Assembly (NCBI RefSeq): GCF_000007145.1
Contig: NC_003902.1
Span: 4,226,497-4,258,496 of the forward strand
Source: Xanthomonas campestris pv. campestris str. ATCC 33913
Lineage (GTDB): Bacteria > Pseudomonadota > Gammaproteobacteria > Xanthomonadales > Xanthomonadaceae
DNA: 32,000 nt
Direction of reading: 5' to 3'
Below, one piece after another: positions 18,741 to 27,833 of this stretch. Position numbers and translations under genes: made by a program. The notes under the pieces are model-generated. The model saw only the letters and a list, made by a program, of their open reading frames with translations. It had not been told where the DNA came from and ran no database searches. Numbering within the stretch: the first letter of the stretch is position 1; each line of letters begins with the position of its first letter.

Positions 18741-19670
18741 ATGCACGCATCAACGCAATCGGTTGCCGGACAGTCCTTGGCCACGACCAGACAGATGAGC
18801 CGCCCGATCGAACTGGGTGAGCGCAAGTTCCTGCATCCCGGGCGCCTGCGCTGGCTCCGCGCCATCGCCTGGGCGGTGCTGTTGCTGGTGGTGGTTGCCG
18901 CGCTGGCGCCCATGAGCGGCCGGTTCGTCAGCGGCCTGCTGCCCAAGGAGTCCGGCCCGCTGCAGTTGCTGGCCAGCCTGATAGGCATCGCGGTGGGCCT
19001 GGGCGTGTACGTGCTTGCGGTGCGCCTGGCCGAAGGGCGACGCGCCAGCGAGCTCGCGGTGCGGCCGATGGTGCCGCACGTGCTTCTCGGCCTGCTGATC
19101 GGCGCGGCGATGTTCGCCTCGGTCATGGGCATCATGGCGGTGTTCGGGCTGTACGACATCCAGTCCTTGGGCATGGCGCCGGCATGGACTGCGGTGCGCA
19201 AGGCATTGCAGGCGGGCGTGATCGAAGAGCTGATGTTCCGGGCGATTTTCCTGCGCCTGGTCTGGCGCGCGTTCGGGCCGTGGATCGCCTTCGCCGCGTC
19301 CGCCGCGCTGTTCGGTTTCGGCCATATCGCCAATCCGCACGCCACGGCATTCGCAGCGATCTGCATCGCGCTGGAAGCCGGCATTTTGCTGGGCGCGTTC
19401 CATGCCCTGACCGGCCGCGTGTGGATGTCGATCGGTGTGCATATCGCCTGGAACTTCACCCAGGGCTATCTGTTTGGCGCAGCCGTCTCCGGCACCGACA
19501 TGGGCCCGGCCATCGCGCGTAGCACGGCCCGCCCGGGATTTCCCGAATGGCTCACCGGCGGTGCGTTTGGCCCGGAAGCGTCGTTGCCTGGCGTGCTGGT
19601 CTGCCTGGCGGTCGGCCTTGCCGTGTTGGCAATGGCGTGGCGCGCAGGCCGGTTTGCGAAGCAGCCCTGA
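18741..19670 (+). CDS. CPBP family intramembrane glutamic endopeptidase (CAAX protease/Abi-like)
   Basis: Multi-TM protein with CPBP motifs EELMFR, FGFGH and HIAWN. ATG 18741 has GGAG 6 nt upstream; ATG 18729 is the alternative start. It lies about 25 nt downstream of the MarR gene. Confidence 0.87.
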   Translation: MHASTQSVAGQSLATTRQMSRPIELGERKFLHPGRLRWLRAIAWAVLLLVVVAALAPMSGRFVSGLLPKESGPLQLLASLIGIAVGLGVYVLAVRLAEGRRASELAVRPMVPHVLLGLLIGAAMFASVMGIMAVFGLYDIQSLGMAPAWTAVRKALQAGVIEELMFRAIFLRLVWRAFGPWIAFAASAALFGFGHIANPHATAFAAICIALEAGILLGAFHALTGRVWMSIGVHIAWNFTQGYLFGAAVSGTDMGPAIARSTARPGFPEWLTGGAFGPEASLPGVLVCLAVGLAVLAMAWRAGRFAKQP

Positions 19671-19950
19671 TGCGCATCCGCCACGCTGCAGCGCCCCCAA
19701 GGTGATGCAGCGTAGTGGCGCCTGCCACGCATGACAATGGCGCGGTGCCTGCACAGCGCAGCCATCGCGGAATAGACGTCAGCTGCCAGGCGGACACCGC
19801 GTTGGTCTGACGTCACCTACGTCGCAGTGCCCTGGCACTGCCTTGCCATCTCGCACACATCTGACCTCCTAGGCTCTGAGCACCAATAAACTGATGCGCG
19901 CCTGCGGGCTCCATGGCGGAGCACGTCGATGCGTACCTGCAGAGGTGCAC

Positions 19951-20412
19951 ATGGCTCTGATTCATTCGATTCTGATGGGCGCCGTCGCTGGCATGCGCTC
20001 GATGACCCCGCTTGCCGCGGTCGCCAATGCGGCACGCACCGGCACCCTACCGCGCGACAATGGCGCCCCGCGGCTACTCGCCAACCCACTGGCGTCTGCC
20101 GGCATGCTGGCGCTGGCAGGTGGCGAGCTGGCGGGCGACAAGATGAAGACCGCGCCAGACCGCATCGTGCTGGCCGGCATGATGGCCCGTGTCGCCACCG
20201 GTGCCATTGCCGGCGCCGCCTTGGCGCCGCGCCATCAGCGCGGCATTGCGGCCCTGCTGGGTGCCGGCACCGCGGTCGCGGCGGCCTACCTCACCTTCAA
20301 TGCGCGGATGCGCGCGATCGAACGCTACGGGCAGACCAGCACCGGTGCGGTTGAGGATGCCATCTCGGTGGGTGCGGCCACATTGATCGTGCGCAGCGCT
20401 GCTGAAGAGTGA
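19951..20412 (+). CDS. DUF4126-like membrane protein
   Basis: ATG 19951 is preceded by GAGG 5 nt upstream. The Gly/Ala-rich hydrophobic protein has LMGAVAGMRSMTPLAAV and ELAGDKMKTAPDRI blocks, recognised from memory as DUF4126. Confidence 0.72.
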   Translation: MALIHSILMGAVAGMRSMTPLAAVANAARTGTLPRDNGAPRLLANPLASAGMLALAGGELAGDKMKTAPDRIVLAGMMARVATGAIAGAALAPRHQRGIAALLGAGTAVAAAYLTFNARMRAIERYGQTSTGAVEDAISVGAATLIVRSAAEE

Positions 20413-20577
20413 GCGACCGATAATCCACGTCGGCAGGCATCATTTAGCGAGGGACTGCGCGGGGCCGGTGCCGAGCGCGCGGTCGATCCGAATGCGTTTG
20501 GCCGTCTTGCCTACGTAACGCCCGTCTCGAGGGCCGCGCCGCATCAGCGCGTCACGCGGCCCGCGTTGCATGACGGC

Positions 20578-20970
20578 CTACGGCCGATGGATGGCGCAGA
20601 GTTTGTTGCCATCCGGGTCGCGCACATACGCCAGCCAGGTCGGCCCCATGGTGCTGTCACGCAGGCCAGGCGGCTCTTCGATACTGGTGGCACCTGCGGC
20701 GACCGCTGCATCATGAAATGCCCGCACCTGCTCGGGTGAGTCGCAGACGAACCCGACCGTGGTGCCATTGCCCGGGCTGGCCGGCGCGTCGTCGATGGGC
20801 TCGCTGACGCAAAAGCTGCTGCCCGCGTGCCGATAGAACAGCCGCGTATGTCCGGAGTTGGCCTGGTTGACGAACGCCGCCGGCGCGCCGAACACGCTTC
20901 CCAACAGCGTGTCGTAAAAGGTTTTCGAGCGGGCGATGTCGTTGGACCCGACCATGACGTGACTCAGCAT
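20578..20970 (-). CDS. VOC (glyoxalase/bleomycin-resistance/dioxygenase) family protein
   Basis: ATG 20970 is preceded by GGAG 6 nt upstream. N-terminus MLSHVMVGSNDIARSKTFYDTLLG and C-terminus AYVRDPDGNKL are typical VOC blocks. Confidence 0.87.
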   Translation of the reverse strand: MLSHVMVGSNDIARSKTFYDTLLGSVFGAPAAFVNQANSGHTRLFYRHAGSSFCVSEPIDDAPASPGNGTTVGFVCDSPEQVRAFHDAAVAAGATSIEEPPGLRDSTMGPTWLAYVRDPDGNKLCAIHRP

Positions 20971-21063
20971 GCAGCACTCCGGTGTATTCGCAGGGCGAGC
21001 AGCATAGGGCAACCAACGCGCAACGGTAAACCGCCCATCCACTGCGAGCGACCATGGCCGCCA

Positions 21064-22035
21064 TCATCCCCGGCCGTGCGGCGCATCCAGGTCCAGCACC
21101 GGCCCCATCGGCACGATCCCGGTGGGATTGATCATGGCATGGCTCTGGTAGTAATGGCTCTTGATGTGCTGGAAATTCACCGTCTCTGCGATGCCCGGCA
21201 TCTGGTAGAGCTCGCGCAGGAATCCCGACAGTTGCGGGTAGTCGGCGATGCGCCGCAGATTGCATTTGAAATGCCCGACGTACACCGCATCGAACCGAAT
21301 CAGCGTGGTAAACAGGCGCCAGTCTGCTTCGGTGAGGTAATCGCCGCACAGATAGCGCTGCGTGCTCAGGCACGTGTCCAGCCAATCCAGTGTGTCGAAC
21401 AACGGCACCACGGCTTCTTCGTACGCCGCCTGCGTGGTCGCAAAGCCCGCTTTGTACACGCCGTTATTGACGGTGTCGTAGACGCGTTGGTTGATCGTAT
21501 CAATCTGCGCACGCAGCGCTTCCGGATAGTAGTCGCCCTCTGCCGCGCCCACCGCATCGAACGCACTGTTGAACATGCGGATGATGTCGGCTGACTCGTT
21601 GCTCACCACCGTATCGCGCTCGCGATCCCACAACACCGGCACCGTCACGCGGCCGGAGTACTGCGGATCGGCCTTGAGATAGACCTCATACAGATATTTG
21701 GCATGGTGGATGGAATCGCCCACCACACCGGGTCCATGTTCGAAGGTCCAGCCCTGCGTGCCCATCAACCAATGCACCACCGACACATCGATCAGTGATG
21801 CCAGGCCCTTCAGCTGCCGGAAGATCAATGTGCGATGCGCCCACGGGCAGGCCAGCGACACATACAGGTGGTACCGCCCAGGCGCAGCCTGAAAGCCGCC
21901 TTCGCCATGCGGCCCAGCACGCCCATCGGCCGTCACCCAATGCCGAAAATGCGACTGCGAGCGCTCGAAGCGCCCATCGCTTTTGTCGGTGTCATACCAA
22001 CGGTCTTGCCACTTGCCGTCGACCAGCAGGCCCAT
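21064..22035 (-). CDS. yqjG: glutathionyl-hydroquinone reductase, Xi-class GST (YqjG-like)
   Basis: ATG 22035 is preceded by GGGAG. Motifs include GRYHLYVSLACPWAHRTLIFR (the CPWA active site), TVPVLWD and SNESADIIRMFN. Confidence 0.92.
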   Translation of the reverse strand: MGLLVDGKWQDRWYDTDKSDGRFERSQSHFRHWVTADGRAGPHGEGGFQAAPGRYHLYVSLACPWAHRTLIFRQLKGLASLIDVSVVHWLMGTQGWTFEHGPGVVGDSIHHAKYLYEVYLKADPQYSGRVTVPVLWDRERDTVVSNESADIIRMFNSAFDAVGAAEGDYYPEALRAQIDTINQRVYDTVNNGVYKAGFATTQAAYEEAVVPLFDTLDWLDTCLSTQRYLCGDYLTEADWRLFTTLIRFDAVYVGHFKCNLRRIADYPQLSGFLRELYQMPGIAETVNFQHIKSHYYQSHAMINPTGIVPMGPVLDLDAPHGRG

Positions 22036-22140
22036 GGTGTCTCCCGGAAATAGGTCCGCACTTACCGTAGCGCACGCCATTCCAAAGACATGTGATCGGC
22101 GAACACAACGGCGGCGCAACTGAACACCGCAACACACGGA

Positions 22141-22162
22141 GCGGTTGCATTGTTGCAACCGC
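22141..22162 (-). terminator. possible terminator hairpin
   Basis: A 9-bp stem (GCGGTTGCA pairing with TGCAACCGC) with a 4-nt loop. It lies between the stop of the 22189..23460 gene and the yqjG-like start. Confidence 0.35.
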
Positions 22163-22188
22163 GCCTTGCGATCCGCTGCATGACGTTG

Positions 22189-23460
22189 CTACTGCATCGG
22201 TATAACGCGGTCGCCTCCGCCAACCGAGCTCCAGCCCGCCACGTCGTTCCAGTACCAGAAGCTGGCCGCTTCGTCGCAGTGCTTGCGCTTGGCAATGCAC
22301 ACCAGCCCGCGTGCATCGCTGCTCCAGAGCAAGCGGGGATAACGGCGCGAAACAATCAAGCCACTTGCTGCGCCATTGACGATCAACTCCACCCACGGGT
22401 CTGCAAGCGGCGCCACTGGATCGGCCAACGCCATCAAGCGCTGCGGAAGGTAGGGCGCCACGGTCAGTACCGGTCCGCCGGCCGGTGCGGGAGGAAATTC
22501 GCCCATTTGGGATTGGTGCACCTGTTCCAAATAGTACGCCGGCACCATGAGATCACCGATGTTCACCATCGGAACTGCACAGGCATGTGCGATCACGTCG
22601 TCGATCAACACGCACAGCATGGTTCCATCCTTATGCACGCGACTACCCCAGCCGTGGATCTCGGTCGCGGTGACGGCATGAAGCGCAACAAAACTTTCGC
22701 GCTGCGTGAAACGGTACAGGATGCGTGCGCGCCGGTCATAGATCAGCAGCCCCCAGAAACCGGTGGTTGGCATCGGTGAAACGCAATAGCGGCCATCTGG
22801 AGAAAACATCAGCACCGCGCCCGCTCCAAACAGCACGCTGCCATCGGGAAACAGATAATCGTATTGCAGCGGAGCACTATTGCGCACTTCGTGGCAACCG
22901 ATCATGCGTATCTGCCCACCCTCCGGCGTCAGCGGTGCCGGATCGTCAACGGGGCGTCCGGATGGCCGCCCGGGCCCTGCGATGCGCGTAAACGTTGGGC
23001 CCTTGCTTGGGCGTTCGATTGAAAGCCCAGCAAGCTTCTCCCATGCCTTTCCCAGCGCCACAAGAACCGCGAAAACGGCCACTCCCGCCAGCAGCGCGAC
23101 GGTGCGCGATGGAGTAGCCTGAGCGACGGCATAACTGACACCTATGCAGGCCCCCAATCTGTAGAGCGGCATCCACTCGACACGACCAAAGACGCGTTCT
23201 TCAGCCCACTCAAACAGCACCGTCCCGCTCAGGTACAGCCATGCCAGTGGTGGCGACAGCAAAAGCGGTAGAGCCAATGGCGCCAACACCAGAACCGCAT
23301 CAAGCAGCAGGCGCCCTAATGCACCTGCGAATGACTGATCCTTGTCGACTGCGGACTGCATGAGCAGCATTTCCGATAGCAAAACTGACGGTGAGGGTAA
23401 CCCACCTCTGACTGGCCCCGTTGTTAGTCTTGACTCGCACAGGATCCACGCGAAGAGCAT
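22189..23460 (-). CDS. hypothetical protein: N-terminal multi-TM region plus about 270-aa unassigned C-terminal domain
   Basis: ATG 23460 has AAGGA 5 nt upstream; ATG 23370 and 23361 are alternatives. Hydrophobic segments include LLLDAVLVLAPLALPLLLSPPLAWLYL, LGACIGVSYAVAQA and VALLAGVAVFAVLVALG. The C-terminal domain has beta-rich motifs (FSPDGRY, LLWSSDARGLV). GC looks lower than in the neighbours. No family recognised. Confidence 0.6.
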   Translation of the reverse strand: MLFAWILCESRLTTGPVRGGLPSPSVLLSEMLLMQSAVDKDQSFAGALGRLLLDAVLVLAPLALPLLLSPPLAWLYLSGTVLFEWAEERVFGRVEWMPLYRLGACIGVSYAVAQATPSRTVALLAGVAVFAVLVALGKAWEKLAGLSIERPSKGPTFTRIAGPGRPSGRPVDDPAPLTPEGGQIRMIGCHEVRNSAPLQYDYLFPDGSVLFGAGAVLMFSPDGRYCVSPMPTTGFWGLLIYDRRARILYRFTQRESFVALHAVTATEIHGWGSRVHKDGTMLCVLIDDVIAHACAVPMVNIGDLMVPAYYLEQVHQSQMGEFPPAPAGGPVLTVAPYLPQRLMALADPVAPLADPWVELIVNGAASGLIVSRRYPRLLWSSDARGLVCIAKRKHCDEAASFWYWNDVAGWSSVGGGDRVIPMQ

Positions 23461-23743
23461 TGTCCTTTCAGCGCTGTTGCAGGTGCACGGCAGCAGGTGC
23501 AAATGCCCACCCGTGTGTTCCGCCGAAGCGGACCGCCAACGCCACAACACGCCGGCCGCCTCGGGGCGCTCGGACACCACCCCGGGCCCCGGATTGGCGC
23601 TGCCGCCGCCAATCGGCGAAAATAGCGCCCAGCCTTGAAACTCACTGGCAACGCCCGCGTTTTCTAAGGGCTCAGCACCGTCTTGCCCACCGGCCGCCTG
23701 CCGCCACACCCACGGCTTTCAGCCGCTTCTGCCCGGATCTGCC

Positions 23744-25330
23744 TTGAATACCACTGCCCCGCCCCTGCCCGCCGACGACCTGCCGCTCACCGACCGCCTG
23801 CGCGCCGCGCTGGATGTGCTGGAGGCCATCGACGCGGACCGCAGCGTGCTCGATACGCTCTCCGAGGCCGACCGCGTGCGGCTGCATCAGGTGGTGGCCA
23901 AGGTCTACCACCCCGAGCCCAAGGCGCGCCGCCAACTGCTCAAGCAGCGCGAGCGCGAACGCCATCAGGAAAAGGTCCGCAAGGCCGAGGCCTTGCTCGA
24001 GCAGACCGGCATCCGCGCGTTGCGGCGCAAACCGGTGTTCAGCACGCCGAACTATTTCCCGCCGCACGCCGCCGGCCTGCACGATGCACACAATGGCGAA
24101 GGCGCTGCCGCTGCCGAGGCGCCACAGCAATCGCCGGAACTGCGGCACTGCTATGTGTGCAAGCAGAAGTTTACTCAGCTGCATCACTTCTACGACCAGA
24201 TGTGCCCGGCCTGCGCGGAGCTGAATTTCTTCAAGCGCACCGAAACCGCCGACCTGCGCGGGCGCGTGGCGCTGCTCACCGGCGGCCGGGTCAAGATTGG
24301 GTATCAGGCTGGCTTGAAGCTGCTGCGCGCCGGCGCCGAACTCATCGTCACCACGCGCTTCCCGCGCGACTCGGCCGCGCGTTATGCGGAAGAACCCGAC
24401 TTTGCCGAGTGGGGCCACCGCCTGCAGGTGTTCGGGCTGGATCTGCGCCACACGCCCAGCGTGGAAGCGTTCTGCAGCCAGTTGCTGGCCACGCGCACGC
24501 GGCTGGATTTCATCATCAACAACGCCTGCCAGACCGTGCGCCGCCCGCCGCAGTTCTACGCGCACATGATGGCCGGCGAGACCGCCGCGCTGCACGACCT
24601 GCCCGAGACGGTGCGCAAGCTGGTGGGCCATTACGAAGGCCTGCGTACACCCGAACTGCTGCGCGACGCCTCAGCCACTGCGCTGCCGGCCGTGCACGGA
24701 CGCGGCCTGGACGGCGCCGACGGCCTCACCCGCGCCGCCGAGCTGTCGCAGGTCGCGCTGCTGGACGACGAGCTGGTCGGCCAGGAGCACCTGTTCCCCG
24801 AAGGCCGTCTCGATCAGGATCTGCAGCAGGTCGACTTGCGCGGCCGCAACTCCTGGCGCCTGCTGCTGGCCGAGGTGCCCTCGGTGGAATTGCTGGAGAC
24901 GCAACTGGTCAATGCCATCGCGCCTTTCATCATCAATGCGCGCCTCAAGCCGCTGATGCTGCGCACGCCCGAGCGCGACAAGCACATCGTCAACGTCTCG
25001 GCGATGGAGGGCCAGTTCTACCGCAACTTCAAGACCACCCGTCACCCGCACACCAACATGGCCAAGGCCGCGTTGAACATGATGACGCGCACCTCGGCGG
25101 CCGATTATCAAAACGACGGCATCCACATGAACAGCGTCGACACCGGCTGGGTCACCGACGAAGATCCGGCCGACATCGCCGCGCTCAAGGTCCAGCAGGA
25201 ACGCTTCCATCCGCCGCTGGACATCGTCGACGGCGCCGCGCGCATCGTCGACCCGATCATCCACGGCTTCAACACCGGCGAGCATGTGTGGGGGCAGTTC
25301 TTGAAGGACTATGCGCCGACGGATTGGTGA
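23744..25330 (+). CDS. SDR-family oxidoreductase with N-terminal helical region and Cys4 zinc-ribbon
   Basis: The CxxC...CxxC element is HCYVCKQKF...QMCPACAELN. It is followed by the Rossmann motif ALLTGGRVKIGYQAG, then NNAC, NVSAMEG and TNMAKAAL. The TTG start at 23744 is uncertain because there is no Shine-Dalgarno sequence. Confidence 0.82.
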   Translation: MNTTAPPLPADDLPLTDRLRAALDVLEAIDADRSVLDTLSEADRVRLHQVVAKVYHPEPKARRQLLKQRERERHQEKVRKAEALLEQTGIRALRRKPVFSTPNYFPPHAAGLHDAHNGEGAAAAEAPQQSPELRHCYVCKQKFTQLHHFYDQMCPACAELNFFKRTETADLRGRVALLTGGRVKIGYQAGLKLLRAGAELIVTTRFPRDSAARYAEEPDFAEWGHRLQVFGLDLRHTPSVEAFCSQLLATRTRLDFIINNACQTVRRPPQFYAHMMAGETAALHDLPETVRKLVGHYEGLRTPELLRDASATALPAVHGRGLDGADGLTRAAELSQVALLDDELVGQEHLFPEGRLDQDLQQVDLRGRNSWRLLLAEVPSVELLETQLVNAIAPFIINARLKPLMLRTPERDKHIVNVSAMEGQFYRNFKTTRHPHTNMAKAALNMMTRTSAADYQNDGIHMNSVDTGWVTDEDPADIAALKVQQERFHPPLDIVDGAARIVDPIIHGFNTGEHVWGQFLKDYAPTDW

Positions 25331-25471
25331 GGCCGGTCAGTAGCGGAGCGCATCGGCCGGCGCTGCCAGCGGTGCAGAACGGACGCTGTTGAATCATGCA
25401 GCAGGCGAACTACGTGTTCGCCGCGCCGGGATCGCCGGCATAGCGCTTTGGGTGATTCGGTACAGCCTGAC

Positions 25472-25885
25472 TCAGGCGCCGTGCGCTGCCTTCTGAAACT
25501 CGATCGGCCCGTGATCACCTGGATACTTCTTCTTGAGCAAGATGTGTTCGGCGGGCGTGACACATCTGTCCTCAAGAGAATGCTCCACCTGCCCCTCGTC
25601 CACGAAGAACGTTTCGTGCGGTAACTGCAGAACTGATCTCTTCCCACCCTGATCGAACCTCAGCACCAGACTGTCATCGCGCTCGAAGCACAGTGTCTTC
25701 CAAGGGAAGTCGGTGAGCTTGCCCGCCTCAACCACCGCCGAATCCTTGCCTGCCAGCAGCGTCGCGACATGATCGGAGAACTGCTTCTGCGAGATCGGCG
25801 CCTCCGTCACGACGCATCCTGCAAAGCTAGCAACCACCACTGCGGCCGCTATTGAAACGTGGGGACGGAAGATAGCGAATGGCAT
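25472..25885 (-). CDS. hypothetical lipoprotein
   Basis: ATG 25885 is preceded by AGGAG 9 nt upstream. N-terminus MPFAIFRPHVSIAAAVVVASFAGC-VV is a signal peptide plus lipobox. The region is AT-richer than the backbone. No family recognised. Confidence 0.65.
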   Translation of the reverse strand: MPFAIFRPHVSIAAAVVVASFAGCVVTEAPISQKQFSDHVATLLAGKDSAVVEAGKLTDFPWKTLCFERDDSLVLRFDQGGKRSVLQLPHETFFVDEGQVEHSLEDRCVTPAEHILLKKKYPGDHGPIEFQKAAHGA

Positions 25886-25942
25886 CCGGCGCGGCTCCTT
25901 GCTGCGGCAATCGGCGTTTTTACCAGAAGTAAGCAGCGCTTG

Positions 25943-25951
25943 CCCCCCCCC
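25943..25951 (-). repeat. G9 homopolymer (C9 on + strand) upstream of lipoprotein gene
   Basis: Nine consecutive C residues counted at 25943..25951. They lie 58-66 nt upstream of ATG 25885, about 20 nt upstream of a candidate extended -10 (TGGTAAAAA on the minus strand). Confidence 0.9.
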
Positions 25952-26049
25952 TGGAGAACCCTCTGTCTTCGCTGAAGAAAGACGCATGCCCCTCCTATAG
26001 ACCTATGAAATCAGTATGCGCAAGAAGTCATTGAGATCTGCTCAAGCAA

Positions 26050-26538
26050 TTACATGAGATTCGAATAGTCGCCAATTTGATTGCATATCTCCACCGGTGG
26101 ATCGCCCAGCTGGACGACTCTTCGCTGTCGTCTTTCAGACGCGCTCTTCGGTGTCACGACGCGGTAGAGCAGATAATACGCATACTGAGTTTCCCAAAGA
26201 CCAAATGTCGAAATATCCGAAAACTGGAAACGCTCCCCTGTTGAACGCGTTGCAGTGAAAGCGCACTCAGCATAGGTCCCAACGCCACAGCGAGCATCCA
26301 GGTAGTACAAGCCACCTCGCCCTTTGAGGTCAAAATGATAAAGGCGCCCATTCTCGTCTTCGAAGACCTGTGGAACCACTTGCAGCGCGTGCGTTGCGTC
26401 GATACGTCCCCAGCGACGAGACTCGTCACAGAGCGAGCCACCGGACATGGCACCCGTTTCACTGCCAGCGGAAGCTGACAAACATCCTGTTGCTGCGAGG
26501 GACACGAGTGTCAGGCAACCAAGCTTAGTTACTTGCAC
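26050..26538 (-). CDS. hypothetical lipoprotein
   Basis: GTG 26538 is preceded by AAGGAG 5 nt upstream. N-terminus VQVTKLGCLTLVSLAATGC-LS is lipobox-like. The region is AT-richer than the backbone. No family recognised. Confidence 0.65.
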   Translation of the reverse strand: MQVTKLGCLTLVSLAATGCLSASAGSETGAMSGGSLCDESRRWGRIDATHALQVVPQVFEDENGRLYHFDLKGRGGLYYLDARCGVGTYAECAFTATRSTGERFQFSDISTFGLWETQYAYYLLYRVVTPKSASERRQRRVVQLGDPPVEICNQIGDYSNLM

Positions 26539-26866
26539 GGAGACTCCTTGCTCTTTTTTCTTAAGGATTATTGCCGTGGCTCGCAAAGGGAGCGAAAAAT
26601 TCATAGATGGCGCGCAAGGATGGATTACTCGTTTGTACCAGGCTGAGTGAGACGCTAACTGCGCCCAAGACGGTGGTCAATGGCGCCTTTCATTTACGGA
26701 CGACTGCCTGTGCATTGCGTAGGGCCGGACGAAAATCTATGCGCAAAGAACCGCAGCGCTTCTATCGCCGGCCATAGGCGCCCAGACGGTACGTAACTGC
26801 AGTGCCTGCAGACACAGAAACGCTGGCCGGCGCGTGATGGGCACCGAACCAGCAACACTGCTTTGC

Positions 26867-27640
26867 TCACTCAGTGTCGATCGCGGCAGTAAACGGATCG
26901 TTGGTGGAATCCGCATTCCAGCGGTACTCGGCGATATCGGCGGCCTGCTTGGCGGCATCGGGGCCGAACAGTTTTGCGATCAGGGCCAGCGCCATGTCCG
27001 TACCTGCGGAGACGCCGGAGGAGGTGAACACATGGCCGTCCTCCACCCAGCGCGCTTGCTTCACCCACTCTACTTTTGGCCCCTGCGTCATTACCCAGTT
27101 GAAGGCGCGCTTGTTGGTCGTGGCACGCCGCCCATCCAGCAGACCGGTGCGCGCCAGAAGCGCCGCCCCGGTGCAGATGCTGGCGACGTGTGGCGCCGAA
27201 CGCGCCAGGCGCGTGATGCTGGCGATGAATGCGGTGTTGCCCACCTCGCGCCGTGTGCCCATGCCGCCCGGAACCATCAGGATGTCAATGTGCGGCGCCG
27301 CGTCCAACGCATGGTCAACGGCAACCGCAGGACCGGCGCTGCTAGCGACCATGCCAGCGCGCTCGCCCAGGATGACGATCCTGACCTTGCCATCAAGATT
27401 GCCGAACATATCCAGCGGACCGAACACATCCAGTAGCTGGAAGCCGTAGAACACCACCATTCCTAACGTCAACTGAGCGGTGCCTTTGGATAAATCACCA
27501 CTGGCCGCGCTGGCCGGGCGCAGGTCTTTCGCGATCGCAGCCGTGCCCGGCGCCATCATCGCCGCGCCCGTCAGCAGGGCATTGCGTAGTAGCGTGCGAC
27601 GCGCACGACTTGCATGGGTCTGATCCGCTTCAATAGACAT
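26867..27640 (-). CDS. DJ-1/PfpI family protein with Tat signal peptide
   Basis: ATG 27640 is preceded by AGGAG. The twin-arginine leader is SRARRTLLRNALLTGAAMMAPG. The DJ-1 core has DILMVPGG and the nucleophile elbow ASICTGAALLA. Confidence 0.88.
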   Translation of the reverse strand: MSIEADQTHASRARRTLLRNALLTGAAMMAPGTAAIAKDLRPASAASGDLSKGTAQLTLGMVVFYGFQLLDVFGPLDMFGNLDGKVRIVILGERAGMVASSAGPAVAVDHALDAAPHIDILMVPGGMGTRREVGNTAFIASITRLARSAPHVASICTGAALLARTGLLDGRRATTNKRAFNWVMTQGPKVEWVKQARWVEDGHVFTSSGVSAGTDMALALIAKLFGPDAAKQAADIAEYRWNADSTNDPFTAAIDTE

Positions 27641-27833
27641 GGCTGCTCCTTGATGATTCAGTGGGTGTGGGCCGGCGCGCCTGCCGGATGAGCTCGTATT
27701 AGCGGCGTAGCCCAGCGGGTCTCACGGCGCAAACCACTGTATTCACCCGGACAAAGTGCGATGTGACGGGCCCGCACGCCTGGATTCCAACCTGCTAGAT
27801 TGCGGCGATTGCGCACGGACACGGGGATTCGAG

